From: Cyanophora paradoxa CCMP329
Lineage: Eukaryota; Plantae; Glaucophyta
DNA length: 64,000 nucleotides
Direction: 5' to 3'
NCBI GenBank assembly: GCA_004431415.1
Contig: QPMI01000121.1
Span: 137,156-201,155, forward strand
Positions 1 to 11,731 of this stretch are shown here, piece after piece (position 1 is the first letter of the stretch; each line of letters opens with the position of its first letter). The translations under genes were made by a program, and so were the position numbers. The notes under the pieces were generated by a model that was not told the DNA's origin, did no database searches, and saw only the letters and a program-made list of their open reading frames with translations.

Positions 1-12
1 CTCGCCGCGCAG

Positions 13-3000
13 GCTACGTGGATCGGGTCACCGGCGAATTCAAGATCCTGACCATCAAGCGCTTCCCGTGCACCGCTAAGGTCCGCGGCCGCCCCACACG
101 CGGGCGAGCTAAGCGACCGCTGACCGCCGACCGCGCCGGCCGCGCTCCCCGCGCCTCCTCGCGTTCCTTTTCGAGCAGGTGCAGCGGGAGTGCGTGGAAG
201 ATCCGGGCGGCCTCCCCGGGCTCGGCGGCCTGTCGAAGAAGGACGCGGACTACCGGAAGCGGGCGAAGGAGCTCGCCGACGAGAGCGTTCGCAACTCGGG
301 CATCGTCCTGTGCACCGCGAAGGACCTGCCCGAGCGCATCGTGCTGGCGCCGCTCTCGTCGCGGCCCGTGCCGCCGCCGACGGTCGCGTTCGAGCCGAAG
401 GACATCGTCGTGCGCGTGCGGCTCTGCTTCAAGGCGAAGGACGCGCGCCTCTTCTCCATCCTCCTCCTGGAGAACCCGCGCACGCTCATCGACTGGACCT
501 TCTCGCTCTCCGAGCTGTACCAGGTCCTGCCGCGGCTCAAGCTGGACTCCTTCTTCGTCAACGGCAACCAGGACCTCTGCGGCCCGAACGTCATCCACGT
601 TTTCCCGCTGATCTCCACCGCCGCATCCGTCTCGGACTGCTGCATAGACTACCAGGGCGCGTCCCCCGCCGCCGCGCACCCCGCGCCCGGCGCGCGCGCG
701 CGCTGACGCGCGCCCTCTGCGCAGGCGTGTCGGACATATGCCTGTACTCCCTCCCCGCCATGGCCCTGGACAACGTACCCGGGGAGTCCCTGTACACGCT
801 GCGCCACCTGCGGGTCCGCGCCCGCCCGCCGGCCCCGCCCCGCCAGCGCCCCGCGCGCGCCTCACGCCCGCCCAGATGTCCTTCTACTGGCTCTACTTAG
901 AGGCGAACCTGCGGTACACGACGGACGCCCTCAAGGCCGTCGCCGAGCCGCTCTCGGCCGAGGTCCCCCACGCCCGCGCCTTCCTCCTGAACCAGTACCT
1001 CCAGCCCTTCTTCGCCGGCCGCAAGGTTCCCTCCGGCCGCGGCCGGGCGCGCCGTCGTTCCTTTCCCTTCCTTTTCCGACGCGGGGCGCGCAGCTGGACG
1101 ACCTCTCGGGGGTACTGCAGGCGCTCGAGATCCAGAAGCAGGAGATTCGGCTGCGGCCCGCCGGGCTGGCGAACCTGTGCCCCGGCTCCGCGCTCGACGT
1201 GCCCCTCCTCGAGACCCTTGCGGCCATGTGCGACGTGCGCCGTACCCCCCCTCCCACCCCCCTCCCCCGGCGTCGACCCCGCCCCCCGACGCCGGCCCCG
1301 GGGTACAGGTCATCATGCAGGACTTCGCTTCGGATCTCGGGAAGGACTTTACGAGCCTGCAGGCCGACTTCACGACGTACCTGGAGCGGTGCGGGGGAAG
1401 GGGGCGGGGCGGGCGGGGCGGGCGGGGCGCGGCTCACGGGGCGGCGCGCAGCTTCCTGGCGGCGTGGTCGAAGCTGGTGCAGACGGCGCGGCAGGTGCAG
1501 CAGGCGGCGTCGGAGCTGGCGCAGGCGGAGGCGTGTGCGGCGCAGTCGGTCGGGGCCGTCGAGCAGTTCAGCCTGATCGCCGCCTTCGAGGGGATGGTGG
1601 ACGGCCGCACCGTGACCGACATGCTCTGGAGCCGCCCCCTCGTCGCCTCCAACGGGACCGGCGGGGTCGGCGCCGGCGGCAGCGGGGTGGTCCCAGGGGG
1701 CGCGGCGGGCGGCGCCGGCGCCGTCGGCTCGGCGGCCTCTGCGCTCGTGAGCGGGGCCTCGTCGCTGGCGCTGCAGGCGGCGGCGTCGGCCGCGGCCGGC
1801 GGCAAGAAGAAGGGCGGGAAGCAGGGCGGGTACGAGAAGTTCCCGATCCAGCTCCCCCTCTCCGCCGCCGAGTCCATCTTCCCGGGGCCAAGTGGTCGTT
1901 TCCGGGGGCGGCCGCGGCCGCCGCCGGCGCCCCGCCGGCCCCGAAGCCGGCCGGGGCCTCGCCGGCGCCGGCGGGGGGCAAGGCGGCGGCCCCCCCGAAG
2001 CCGCTGAACTCGAACGAGCACCGGCGCAGCGCCGTGAAGAAGCTCGCGGACGCCTTTAGGAACCTCCCGGACGCCGTCGAGCAGGCGCGGCCCCCGCCGG
2101 GGCCCGCCGCATCCAGCGCCGCCGCCGCCGCCGCGCAGCAGCAGCAGCAGCAGCCCGTTACCCCCGAGCAGGGCCTGCTGGCCCCCTCCTCCTCCTCCTC
2201 TTCCGCCTCCGGATCAACTTCTTCCCCGGCCCCCGCCGCCGCCGCCTCCTCCTCGTCCTCCTCGTCCACCTCGCCCGCCCCGCAGCGGCCCGCCCTCCCC
2301 GCCCCGTCCCCGCCCTCTACCCCGGCGGGCGCACCCTCCCCGCCACCCGCGTCTTCCTCCTCGAGCCCCCAGCCCGCCCCCGCCTCCTCCTCTTCCTCCA
2401 CCGACATCGTACCCTCCCCGTCCGGCTCCTCGTCCCCCCCGCCCCCTAGCCCCCCCGTCGTCCTCAAGCCCGAGGAGAAGGAGAAGTACCGAAAGGTGCC
2501 CCGCCCAGATCCGAGCCCGGCCCACCCGCGTACCCCCGTGCTGAGGAACCGTGTACCCCCAGTTCGTGGCGTACGTCGAATCCCGCGCGCGGCTCGCCGG
2601 GGAGGAGACGGAGCTCGTCCTGCTCAAGGCTCGCCCGCGTACCCCCCGCCCCGCCTTCCTCCCCCGCTCACGCCCAGCAGGACCGGATAATACACCTGCG
2701 GAAGGTGCTGTGGAGTGTGAACTTCCTGTCGCGGACGATGTGGGCGCGGGCGGTGCGGAGGCAGCTCCAGGAGGGCCTCGAGTCCCGTGTCAAGTCCGTC
2801 TGCAGCCAGCTCCTGGGCCCCGCCGACGCCCTCCCCGCCCCTCCACTCTCCTCCTCCTCCTCCTCATCCGCCGCCCTCGCATCGGCCTCCGCGCCGCCCT
2901 CGTCCTCCTCCTCCGCCGCCGCCGCCGCCGCCGCCGCAGTCTCTGGCGGCGCCGCCGCCGGTTCCGCATCTAAAAAGCATACCTCTTCTTCCTCCTCCTC

Positions 3001-6000
3001 CTCCTCGTCGGCCGCGCGCAAGAACGGCGTGAAGGCCGGCGCCGCCCGTCCCGCCCCCTCCACCTCCGCCCCCGCCCCCGCCGCCGCCTCCGCCGCCGCC
3101 TCCTCCTCCGCCTCCGCACCGGCAGCGGCGTCGTCGAAGAAGGGTTCCAAGGGCCCCGCCCCGCCCGCCCCTTTCACCTTCCCCGCCTCCTCTGCGGCCC
3201 CTTCCGCCGCCTCCTCCTCCGCCTCCTCGTCGTCTGCCGTCGCTGCCTCGGGCTCGGGCTCGGCGCCGGCGCCGGCGCCGGCGCCGGCGGCGCTGGCGGA
3301 GGAGCAGCAGCTTGAGCTCGCCGTCTCGAGCAACGACACGGAGTCGATCCGGCGGCTCGCGGCGGGGCGCGCCTCGCTGCTCAACGCCCGCTCCGCGTAC
3401 GGCCTCTCGCCCCTCCACACCGCCATCGGCCACGGCCGCCTGGACGCCCTCCGCACGCTCCTCGCCCTCGGCGCCGACGCCGGCGTGCGCGACACGAACG
3501 GGAACAGCCTGCTCGCCTTCTGCGCCTCCAAGCTCTGCATGGGCGACGTGGACATGGCGGCCGGCGAGGCCTGCCTCCGCGAGCTGCTCACGGCCGGCGC
3601 CACGGGCCCCGACCGCGGCTCCTCCGCCCTCTTCATGTGCGCCCGCTACTCGTACCTCTGGGACCCCCGCGGTGCGTCCTTCGACTAGCACTATCATTCC
3701 TTTCCCGGCTCCTCCGCCCCCGGAACGGCCGCTGAGGCCGCCCGCCCCCTCCGCAGTCTTCTCGACGAAGGCGGTGCTGGCGGGGGCGCTGCAGGGGCTC
3801 CTGGGGCCCCTCAAGGGCGAGTCCTCCGGGGCCGGCGGCGTGCCCTCGCCCCCGGGCCCCGCCGCGACGAGCCTCGCCGGGCTCGCCGCCTCGGCGGCCG
3901 GCGGCGGCGCGGCCGGAGAGTGCGCGCGCTCGCTCCATCTCTACGACGTCGGCTCCCGCCACGCCAACTGCTCCTCCGTCGCGGTCAGCAAGCAAGCTCG
4001 CTCGCGCCCCGTCCTCGCCCCGCCCCGCCCCGCCCCTTAGCCCGCCGCAGCGGGTGCTGCTGGAGGCGGGGGGCGTACCCGTGGACGTGGCCTCCAAGGG
4101 CATCTCGGCCTTGCACTGGGCGTGCATCGCCGCCAACCTCGAGCTCGCGGACCTCCTCGTCAAGCACGGCGCCGACGTCAACAGGCCCTCCTCCCAGCTC
4201 GCCCGCCGGCCCCTCCACCTCGCCTGCTACCCCTACGCCGTCGAGCGCTCCTGCCCCGCCTGGGACCCCGCCCGCCGCGCCCGCCTCGCCCGGCTCCTCA
4301 TCGCGGCGGGGGCGGACCCCGCGGCGCGCGACGACGGCGGCTGGACGCCGCTCAACCTCGCCTGCTCGGACAGCGACGCCCCGGAGGTCGTCAGCGCCCT
4401 GCTCGAGTACCCCGAGGCCGCCTCGCGCGTCAACGAGAAGAACGAGAACGGGTACGGCGCGGTGCACAGCGCCATCATCGCGGGGGCGCCCCGCTCGCTG
4501 GCCGCGCTGCTCGCCCGCGGCGCCGACGTCGGGGAGCGCACCGGCGACAAGCGCCGCGAGTCGCCCCTCGAGCTCGCCCTCGTCACCCTCGGTGCCCCCC
4601 TTCCCCCTCGTCTCTTGCGCCGCCCTCTGAGACGGACCCGCGCCAGGCATCGCGTTGGCGCCTTGCAGGAGGAACGCCTGCACGCCGGGTACACACATCT
4701 GCACCGAGTTCCGCTCCAAGAACCGCGTACGCGTCCTCTACGACAGGTACCCCCGCCATCCCTCCCAACATCTGCATCTGTATCCCCCGCCTCACGCGCG
4801 TACCCCCCCTCAGCGCACTCGCCTGTGTGGAGGTTCTGCTGCAGCACGGCGCCTCGATCGACCCGAAGCAGTACCAGCTCATCGGTACCCCCGTCCCCGC
4901 GCACGCCGGTACCCCGCACCCCTCTTTGACGCCATACCCCCTCTAGGGGAGTACCTGCTCTTCCTCTCGACGATGGAGGTTGACCCGACGCAGTCGGCGC
5001 GCCTGCGGCAGGTGACCGCTTCCCCCCCGCCCTCGACGCCCCCCGTCAGACGCGGGCGGCGCAGTGGCACGGCGCAGAGCAGGAGCGGAGGCAGCGCAAG
5101 GCGGCGGCGGCGCTGCTCCCGGCGCCGGCGCGGCCCGCCTCGGCGGCCGCCCCGTCCCCGTCCCCCTCCTCGTCCTCCCCGCCCCACTCCGTCTCCCCGG
5201 CGCCGCGCCCCGCGGCGGCCCGCCCGGCCTCGCCGACGCCCCTGCCCGTCTCGGCGGCCGCGGCCGCGGCCGCCGTCGCCGACGCCAAGTCGGTGGCGGA
5301 GGCGGCGCTGCGGGCGGCGGTCGAGGGCGGGGGCAAGGAGGCGCTCATGGCCGCCATCGTCCAGGGCCGCCGCGCCGGCTGCCGCGTCGCCGAGGCCTCG
5401 GCCGCCCTCGCCGCGCTGCTGCGGCGCGAGGACTGCGCGCGGCGCCTCGCGGCGGCTGCGGCGGCCGGCGACGCCGCCGCGTTCGCCGACTGCTCCGCCG
5501 AGGCTCTTCAGCTCGGCGGGCTCTCGGACGCCATCCGGGTACGCGGTTTCCTGCTCCGTCGACGTCCCCCGCCCGCCCGCCCGCCCGCCCGGGTCTGACC
5601 GTCGCCCGGGCAGGAGGGCGAGGGCCTGATGGCGCGGCGGGCGGCGGAGCAGCGCGGGCGGGCGGCGCTGGCGGCGGCGGCGGCGGCGCTGGACGCGGCG
5701 GCCTTCGCGGCGGCCGAGGCGGAGCTGGCGCGGGCCGGCGTGGACGCGGCGGAGGAGCGCGCGGCCTTCGAGGCCCGCCTCGAGCGCGGGCGGCTGCTCT
5801 CGGACCTGGAGCGCGCCGCCGCCGCCGAGGACCCCGCCGCCCTCCAGCGCGCCCTCCGCCGCTGCAACGCCGTGCGCCCCCCCCCCCCCCCCGCCCGCTC
5901 CGCGCCGCGCCGCGCCGCTGACCTCGTCTTCCCTCGGCAGGCGGGCCTGGAGCGCGAGGAGCTGCTCCCGGCGCGGCGCCGCCTGAACGCGCTCGTGGCG

Positions 6001-7922
6001 GACCTGAAGGGCCGCCTGGCGGCCGCCGGCGAGGAGGCGGCGGCGGCGGCCTCGCGCGCCGAGCTGGAGCCGCTGCTCGTCGTCGCGCGCGAGATGGGAT
6101 GGCGCCGCGAGGCCCGCCCCGCGGTGCGCGCCGCGCGCAGTCCCCGCCCCGACCTGTCCGCGCCGCCCGGGCCCGTCTGACCCGGGCGCGCAGCTGGCTC
6201 GGTACGCGGCGCTGGCGAAGGCGGAGGCGGAGGCGGCGGAGTCGGCGGCGGCGGCGGGCGAGGCGGCGGGCGAGGGGGCGCTGGAGCCGCTGGCCGAGGC
6301 GCTCGAGCGCGTCGGCCTGCCCGACGACGCCCGCGCCCTGCGCGCCCTCCGCGCCCAGCGCGCCCGCGAGGCCTCCGAGGCGGCGGCCGCGGCGGCTGCT
6401 GCAGCCGCCGCTGCGGCGGCGGCGGCGGCCGGGCGGGCGGAGGACGGCGCGGACGGCGAGGGCAAGAAGGGCGGCAAGGCGAAGAAGAAGCCAAAGCAGC
6501 CGCACCCGGAGCACCCGCCGGCGCAGCCGCCGGCGCAGCAAGAGGCACCCCAGCCACCGCCGCCGGCGCCGGCGCCGCAGCCGCGCAGCGAGTCGCCGGC
6601 GCCCTCCCGCGGCCGCCCTCGCCGCCGGCCGCCCGGAGGCCCCTCTGCCTTCGCCTCTGGCGGCGGCGGCGGCGGCGGCCACAGCGGAGTCGGCCAGCGA
6701 CGGCGCGCGGCGGCGAAAGAAGAACAGGAGGGGCGGGGCCGGCGAGGGCGGCGACGCGGCGGGGAGGGACGGGCCGGCCGGCGGCGAGGCGGGGGCGGCG
6801 GCCCCGGCGCCCAGGGCCAGTGGATCGAGGTCAGCAAGAAGGGCAAGGCGAAGGGCGGCAAGGCGAGCGGCCCGCGCCCCGTGCCCGCGCCCTCCGCCGC
6901 TGACGCGCGGGGTGCGCAGGGAGCCGCCTCCCCTCCGCCCGCCCCCGCCAAGCCGGCGCCGCCCGCCGCCAAGCCTGCGCCGGCTCCGGCCGCGGCGCAG
7001 CGTTCACAGCCGGCCCCCGCCGCAACCGCGGCTCCGATTGCGCGCGCCGCGCAGCCGACCGCCCGGCCCCGGCCGGCCCCGCTTCGACCGCCCCTGCGGG
7101 CGGCCGTGGGGGCCCGCAAGGCGCGTGGACCCCGCCCGCCGGCCCCGGACGGCCGCCTGCGCCCTCCGGCCCCCCGTCGAGACCCCCCGGAGCTCCCTGG
7201 GCCGTACCCGCCCCGCCCCGCCCCCGCCCCGCCACTGCTCCCACCCCGCCGTTCCTGCCACCCCGCCTCCGCCGTCGGCGGTACCCCCGCGACTCCCGCC
7301 CCCCGCCCCCCGCCCCTCAAACCCGTCCGCCCGCTCCCCCGCACCCGCCGCTTCGGTGCCCGCCCCCGCCGCCGCTCCCGCCCCCCGCGGCGCCGCGGCC
7401 GCGCTGCCGCCCACGCCCCCGCCCCTCCCGACGGCCGAGCCAGCGCCGGCCCCCACCCACGTCCCGGCCTCCATCCGGAGCCTGTGGAGCGACAGCGCGC
7501 CCCGTACCCCGGGCCAAGCGCCTCCCCCGCCCTCCCCGTCCTCCCCGGCTGCGGCCGCCGTCCCTTCCCCCGTCTCCCCCGCCCCGGCGCCCCGCAGTAC
7601 CCCCCTCTCGCCTCCGGTCCCGTCCCCGTGGCTCTGGGGCGGCACCCCCGCCCCCGTGCCCGGCGCCCCCGCGTCGCCCGCGATGCGTACCCCCTTCGCC
7701 CCGGACCCCCTGCAGGGGTACCTCGCCAGCCTCGCCTTCCCCGCCTTCGGCGCCGGGGTAACCCCGGCGCCCTCGTCCCCCTTCGCCCCGGCGAGCCCCT
7801 TCGCGGCCGCCGGCATCTGGGGCGGGGCGACGGCGGGCCAGCCCCCAGTGCCCGCCCTGGGGCTCGGCTCGGCCCCGGGCCCCGACCTGTGGGGGCCGGC
7901 CCCCGCCCGCCCCGCTCGGTAG
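13..7922 (+). CDS. Multi-exon ankyrin-repeat protein with Ser/Ala/Pro-rich linkers, Ala/Glu coiled-coil and Pro-rich tail (5' end outside window)
   Basis: Exons with strong GC3 bias joined by short introns (e.g. exon 13-80, intron 81-178, exon 179-656, GC-AG intron 657-724). Ankyrin motifs between about 3310 and 4900: SPLHTAIGHGRLDALRTLLALGAD, SALHWACIAANLELADLLVKHGADVN, WTPLNLAC, GAVHSAIIAGAPRSLAALLARGADV. Stop TAG 7920-7922 is followed by an AT-richer 3' region. There is a probable 1-nt homopolymer frameshift near 1885. Confidence 0.8.
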
Positions 7923-8204
7923 CCTTCTGCCTCCCCCCTGTAACTCGACCCCCCGCGCTTTCAAACGCTTTTCTTTCAATTTCATGGCTTCGAAAATTCT
8001 TATCAGTGGTATCACTGGTATGGCAAGGAGTGGACGTCGATATCATGACAAGGGCGTGCGCAGGCAGACTCCGATTAATTTGATAACGCAGAGTCGTGAG
8101 TCGTGACTCTGATCCGTGACCCACATCTGATCCGTGACCCACACGGTACGTACGGTAGCTACGTATACTGGGTACTAGTAGTCTAAAAACGAATACGTAT
8201 ACTG

Positions 8205-9012
8205 TCGGCCTTGGGGAAAGGAGAGGCCCTTAGGTCTGTTGGTTTGATGTGACGGATTTCAAAAAGCGAAATTCGCATAAATGAACAGACCTACTACCCC
8301 ATTTTAGACCCTGGGGAACGCGATGGCCGGGCCCGTTTTCCTATGAGAGGTCTCTAATGGGCAGTAACAGCACCTCGAAAAGCACAGAAAAGCATTTTCC
8401 CGAAAAAAAAGAGAAAGCGCAAATCACATTGGCCTTCCAAGTCGAAATTTGAAAATTATTAATTTGAAGAGACCGCACTTCATTCGCTAGGAGATAATTT
8501 CCAAATTAACGGAGCGCCACGTTGCCGGCCAGCAAATTTGTATCATAGTATGCATATATGAGACAGGGTCGCAGTGTGCCACGATGTGGGATTTAAAAGT
8601 ATTTGATGCGTTGATTGAAAGATAATTGAAATAAACAATTTAGACAGAGCTTTAATACTGCGAATTACATCCAAATGATTCATAGATTATTATCAACCAT
8701 CTCCAAAAAGCGCCGAAAAGTCGTTTTCAATAAGCTGAGACGACCAATGGGCCCTTCGGGGCCTGCACTCGGTACAATTGCGGCCGATTGGGCCCCGCAT
8801 CGATATCTGTACCCTTGCGACACAATTTTGTACCCTCACACTTGAGTGTGTACCCTTGCCAAGTGGACCCCCCTGTTTCTCCTCCCCCCTCCCCCGTAAC
8901 CGCGCGCGGTTGCGGGCCCCCGTTTAAAAACAAAGAGCTGCCAGAGCCTGCCACCCTCACGCCTTGAAGCCCCAAGACCCAAGGCCACTCCTGCGCCGCA
9001 GGGACTCGCTTG
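8205..9012 (+). mobile_element. Non-autonomous Helitron-like element (longer copy)
   Basis: Starts TCGGCC and ends with a CCTGC-GCC-GCAGG hairpin followed by CTTG|T. No TIR or TSD. Both ends are near-identical to the inverted copy at 38185-38451. Confidence 0.6.
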
Positions 9013-9239
9013 TAAAACTAGTTAATTTAGTACAGGAAAATAATGAGTACTTCGCCAAAACTGCCACTTCAGCAGGTCCGCCTTCGATCGCAGCGCGGCC
9101 GCGGCGCGGCCGGGAGTCCGATCGATCATCGATCGCGATATCGACATCGCCGAGTCGATCGCGAGCGCTAGGCTGCCGGCGCCTGCCGCTATACTATCAT
9201 AGTATGATATGCGCTAGCTCGAGCCTCGAGCTCGAGCCG

Positions 9240-10130
9240 ACGTGCGAGGCTCCGAACTTGCGAATTCGAATCTACTGCGCATGCTAGCGCTGAGTCATTG
9301 CTGACTCATTGCTGAGTCAGTGCTGACCGTAGGTCCGTAGGACGCGGACGTCGACGTCGACTCGGCGACTCGGCGGAGTCGCGGACGCGGATCCCGGACC
9401 CGCGCGCACCAGCCTCCAGCCTCCAGGCCACCGGCCGGGCCGGGATCATATCATATATTCCGGGATCGGCGGCGACTAGTACTACGGTAGTTACCGGGTA
9501 GTACTACGGTACTACGGTAGTCTAGTACTCGATGCCGCGGCCCGCGGCCCGCGCGCGGCCGCGGCGGCGCGGCCCGGGCCGCCCGGCGCCGGCGGCCGGC
9601 GGGATCTACTGCTGATTCAGTACTAGTGCTGAATCCGATGATCAGTGCTGACTCTGCGCATGCTGAGTCACTGCTGATCATGACGCGGACGCGGATCTTG
9701 AAAAATCGAAAAAGACCAATGACGAATCTACTGCTGACGCGGACGCGGATCTCCCTCAATGACAAATTGACATCACGCGTAAAACTTCGGACAACAACAA
9801 CGATATCATGAACTCAGAACTCAGACTATAGACGTCGACAGAACTCATGATCAGAATTCAGACTGCGGGCAGTTTACTAGTTTAAATTTAGGCTACGGCA
9901 TTATACATTATATAAACATCAACAAGAAAATCAACTTCTACTAGCCTACTAGGCTAGTAGGCTACTGCTGAGTCAGTGCTGACGCGGACGCGGATCTTGC
10001 TGGATCGCGATCGCGATCAACTTACTAAAGTTACTAAGTTAAGAGTCAATGACGTCGACCGTCGGACGTCGACGCGTACGCCGATCATCGGATCATCCGA
10101 CTCTAGATCTAGATCGGCGAAGTGAGCGGC
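9240..10130. repeat. Degenerate repeat/transposon relic with recurrent TGCTGA(G/C)TCA and TGACGCGGACGCGGATCT motifs, palindrome-saturated
   Basis: TGACGCGGACGCGGATCT near 9681, 9735 and 9980, many TGCTGA motifs, and no coding signal. Confidence 0.5.
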
Positions 10131-10134
10131 GATG

Positions 10135-10910
10135 TCGCCGAGTCGGGAGTCGGGAGTCGGGACTAGGCCTAGGGCTGGGTCCAGTGAGATCAGTGGAGGG
10201 TCGAGGGTCTCACTCCACTCACTGAGTGAGGATTTTGGCTCACTCGTACAAAGAAAAATGTATGAGGCCAGTGAGCCGGACCTCAGCCCGCACCGCGCGG
10301 GGGGGTATCTGGCCCCATAAAATCACGACCCAGGCGCCCCACCTAACGATTTGGGGGTACTTTTGAGTCAGATCTACATGCGTATAGCGTAGCGCTAGCA
10401 GCACCGCGCGTGATGCTGACCATGACCAATTTGAAATTCGAAACGACCTCTCAGAATCTCGACATTTTAGAAGCCCGCGGAAACAGCTGGCAGTTAAGGC
10501 ACGTAGCGCCTGAAAACTCGGCGAAATCTGGGTCGTTTTAGGTCGTTTTTCGCGTATACAAAAACGTACCCCCTGCTCACTACAGTGACTGAGTGAGTGG
10601 GACGCAAAAAGCTCACTCACAAAGTGAGCCCGCGGACCTCACTGGGCGCAGCCCTAGTCGGGACTCGGGACTCGGGAGTCGGGACTCGGGACTCGGGACT
10701 CGGCCCACGGAGTCGGGAGTCGGGACTCCGCCGTCCGGCGGTCACTCCGATCCGGGAGTCCGGGACTCCCGGGAGTCATGATCAGGAGTCGGGACTCGGG
10801 CGGAGTCGGGCCCCGGGACTCGCGCGGACTCGCCGAGTCGGGAATCGGGACCGGGCCGGATTCGGAAGGGAATCCGGTCGGAAGTCGACGGCCCGTGACT
10901 CAGTGACCTA
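10135..10910. repeat. GAGTCGG/GACTCGG short-motif repeat element (interrupted by the MITE above)
   Basis: Dozens of GGGACTC/GAGTCGG units on both sides of the MITE. A similar motif cluster lies at about 40700-40850. Confidence 0.5.
10164..10656. mobile_element. hAT-type MITE with 8-bp target-site duplication, nested in a GAGTCGG/GACTCGG-repeat element
   Basis: Left TIR TAGG(CCTAGG)GCTGGGTCCAGTGAG and right TIR CTCACTGGGCGCAGCCCTA. Identical flanks GTCGGGAC at 10156-10163 and 10657-10664. Internal CTCACT/AGTGAG subterminal motifs. Confidence 0.75.
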
Positions 10911-10919
10911 GGAATCTTC

Positions 10920-11147
10920 GATCGACAGCGTCAGACCTGCACGTCTATATTCGTCAGACCTGCACTTCGACGAATATTAATATTTGATGCTCTTGAACGG
11001 AAATTTTGTATGGAGAGGGGTACTAACGGCTGACCCGTCTATGGCGGAGTCGCGGGGCTGACGAAAATATGATGCTGTGGAACCATATTTTCACGATTTT
11101 CGGGTTTTGTCGAAATGAAGTCTCGACGAACATTTCTACGTTTACAG
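10920..11147 (-). mobile_element. Diverged copy of the CTGTAAACG-ended Tc1/mariner-type MITE family
   Basis: Reverse complement aligns with 40874-41122 (TACTGTAAACGTA...TTCGACAAAACCCGAAAAT...CGCCATAGA...GTCAGCCG...ACCCCTCTCCATACAAA). One end is degenerate. Confidence 0.6.
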
Positions 11148-11731
11148 TAAAAGTACCGGGTATAGTCTGCCGCAGTGCCAGTGCCGGGTATAGGCTGTGG
11201 CCCGGCGGGCCTGTGCCGTGCGGCCCGGCGCCGGCCGGGCCGGCGGCCATCATGGCATGGCCCATGGCCCAGTAGTAGGGCCAGTACTAGTGGCCATGGC
11301 CCAATGCATGGGCCATGGCCAGGCTAGCGCTGGCCCGGCCCGCCGGGCCCGGACAGTGCATGCCGCGCGCACTTTCCGAAGTTCCGTTCTACGTATACGT
11401 ATACGTAGGCGCGATTCCGCCCGGTATACTGTCACATATACGTATACGTATACTTCGGTACTACGGTAGGCCGCAGGTCCGACTCGGCGATTTCGCCCAA
11501 AGTACGCGCACGTACTACTGGCACGTACGCGTATAAACAGCGATATATATATAGACACGAGCGCGAGCTCGAGAAGCGTGACACATATATATATGCGATA
11601 CGTCAAGCTGTTCGCGATCGGAACTTGAAGCTCGGCTGATCAGAAGCGAATCACCATCATGGATACTGCCCATAGTACCGCAATTGCAAGGCCCGATCAT
11701 GCAGCAGGCCTAGGTGAGGCCAGCGCCGCGC

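Noticed and set aside
1880-1895. Frame change in gene 1 as programmed frameshift or pseudogenisation
   Set aside because: One extra G in a G-run restores the frame. A homopolymer sequencing error is the simplest explanation, and reads would be needed to confirm.
4879-8142. 1087-aa minus-strand ORF and the many other long Arg/Gly/Pro-rich ORFs
   Set aside because: These are shadow frames of very GC-rich spliced genes with few stop codons. Codon bias and motifs support the opposite strand or another frame.
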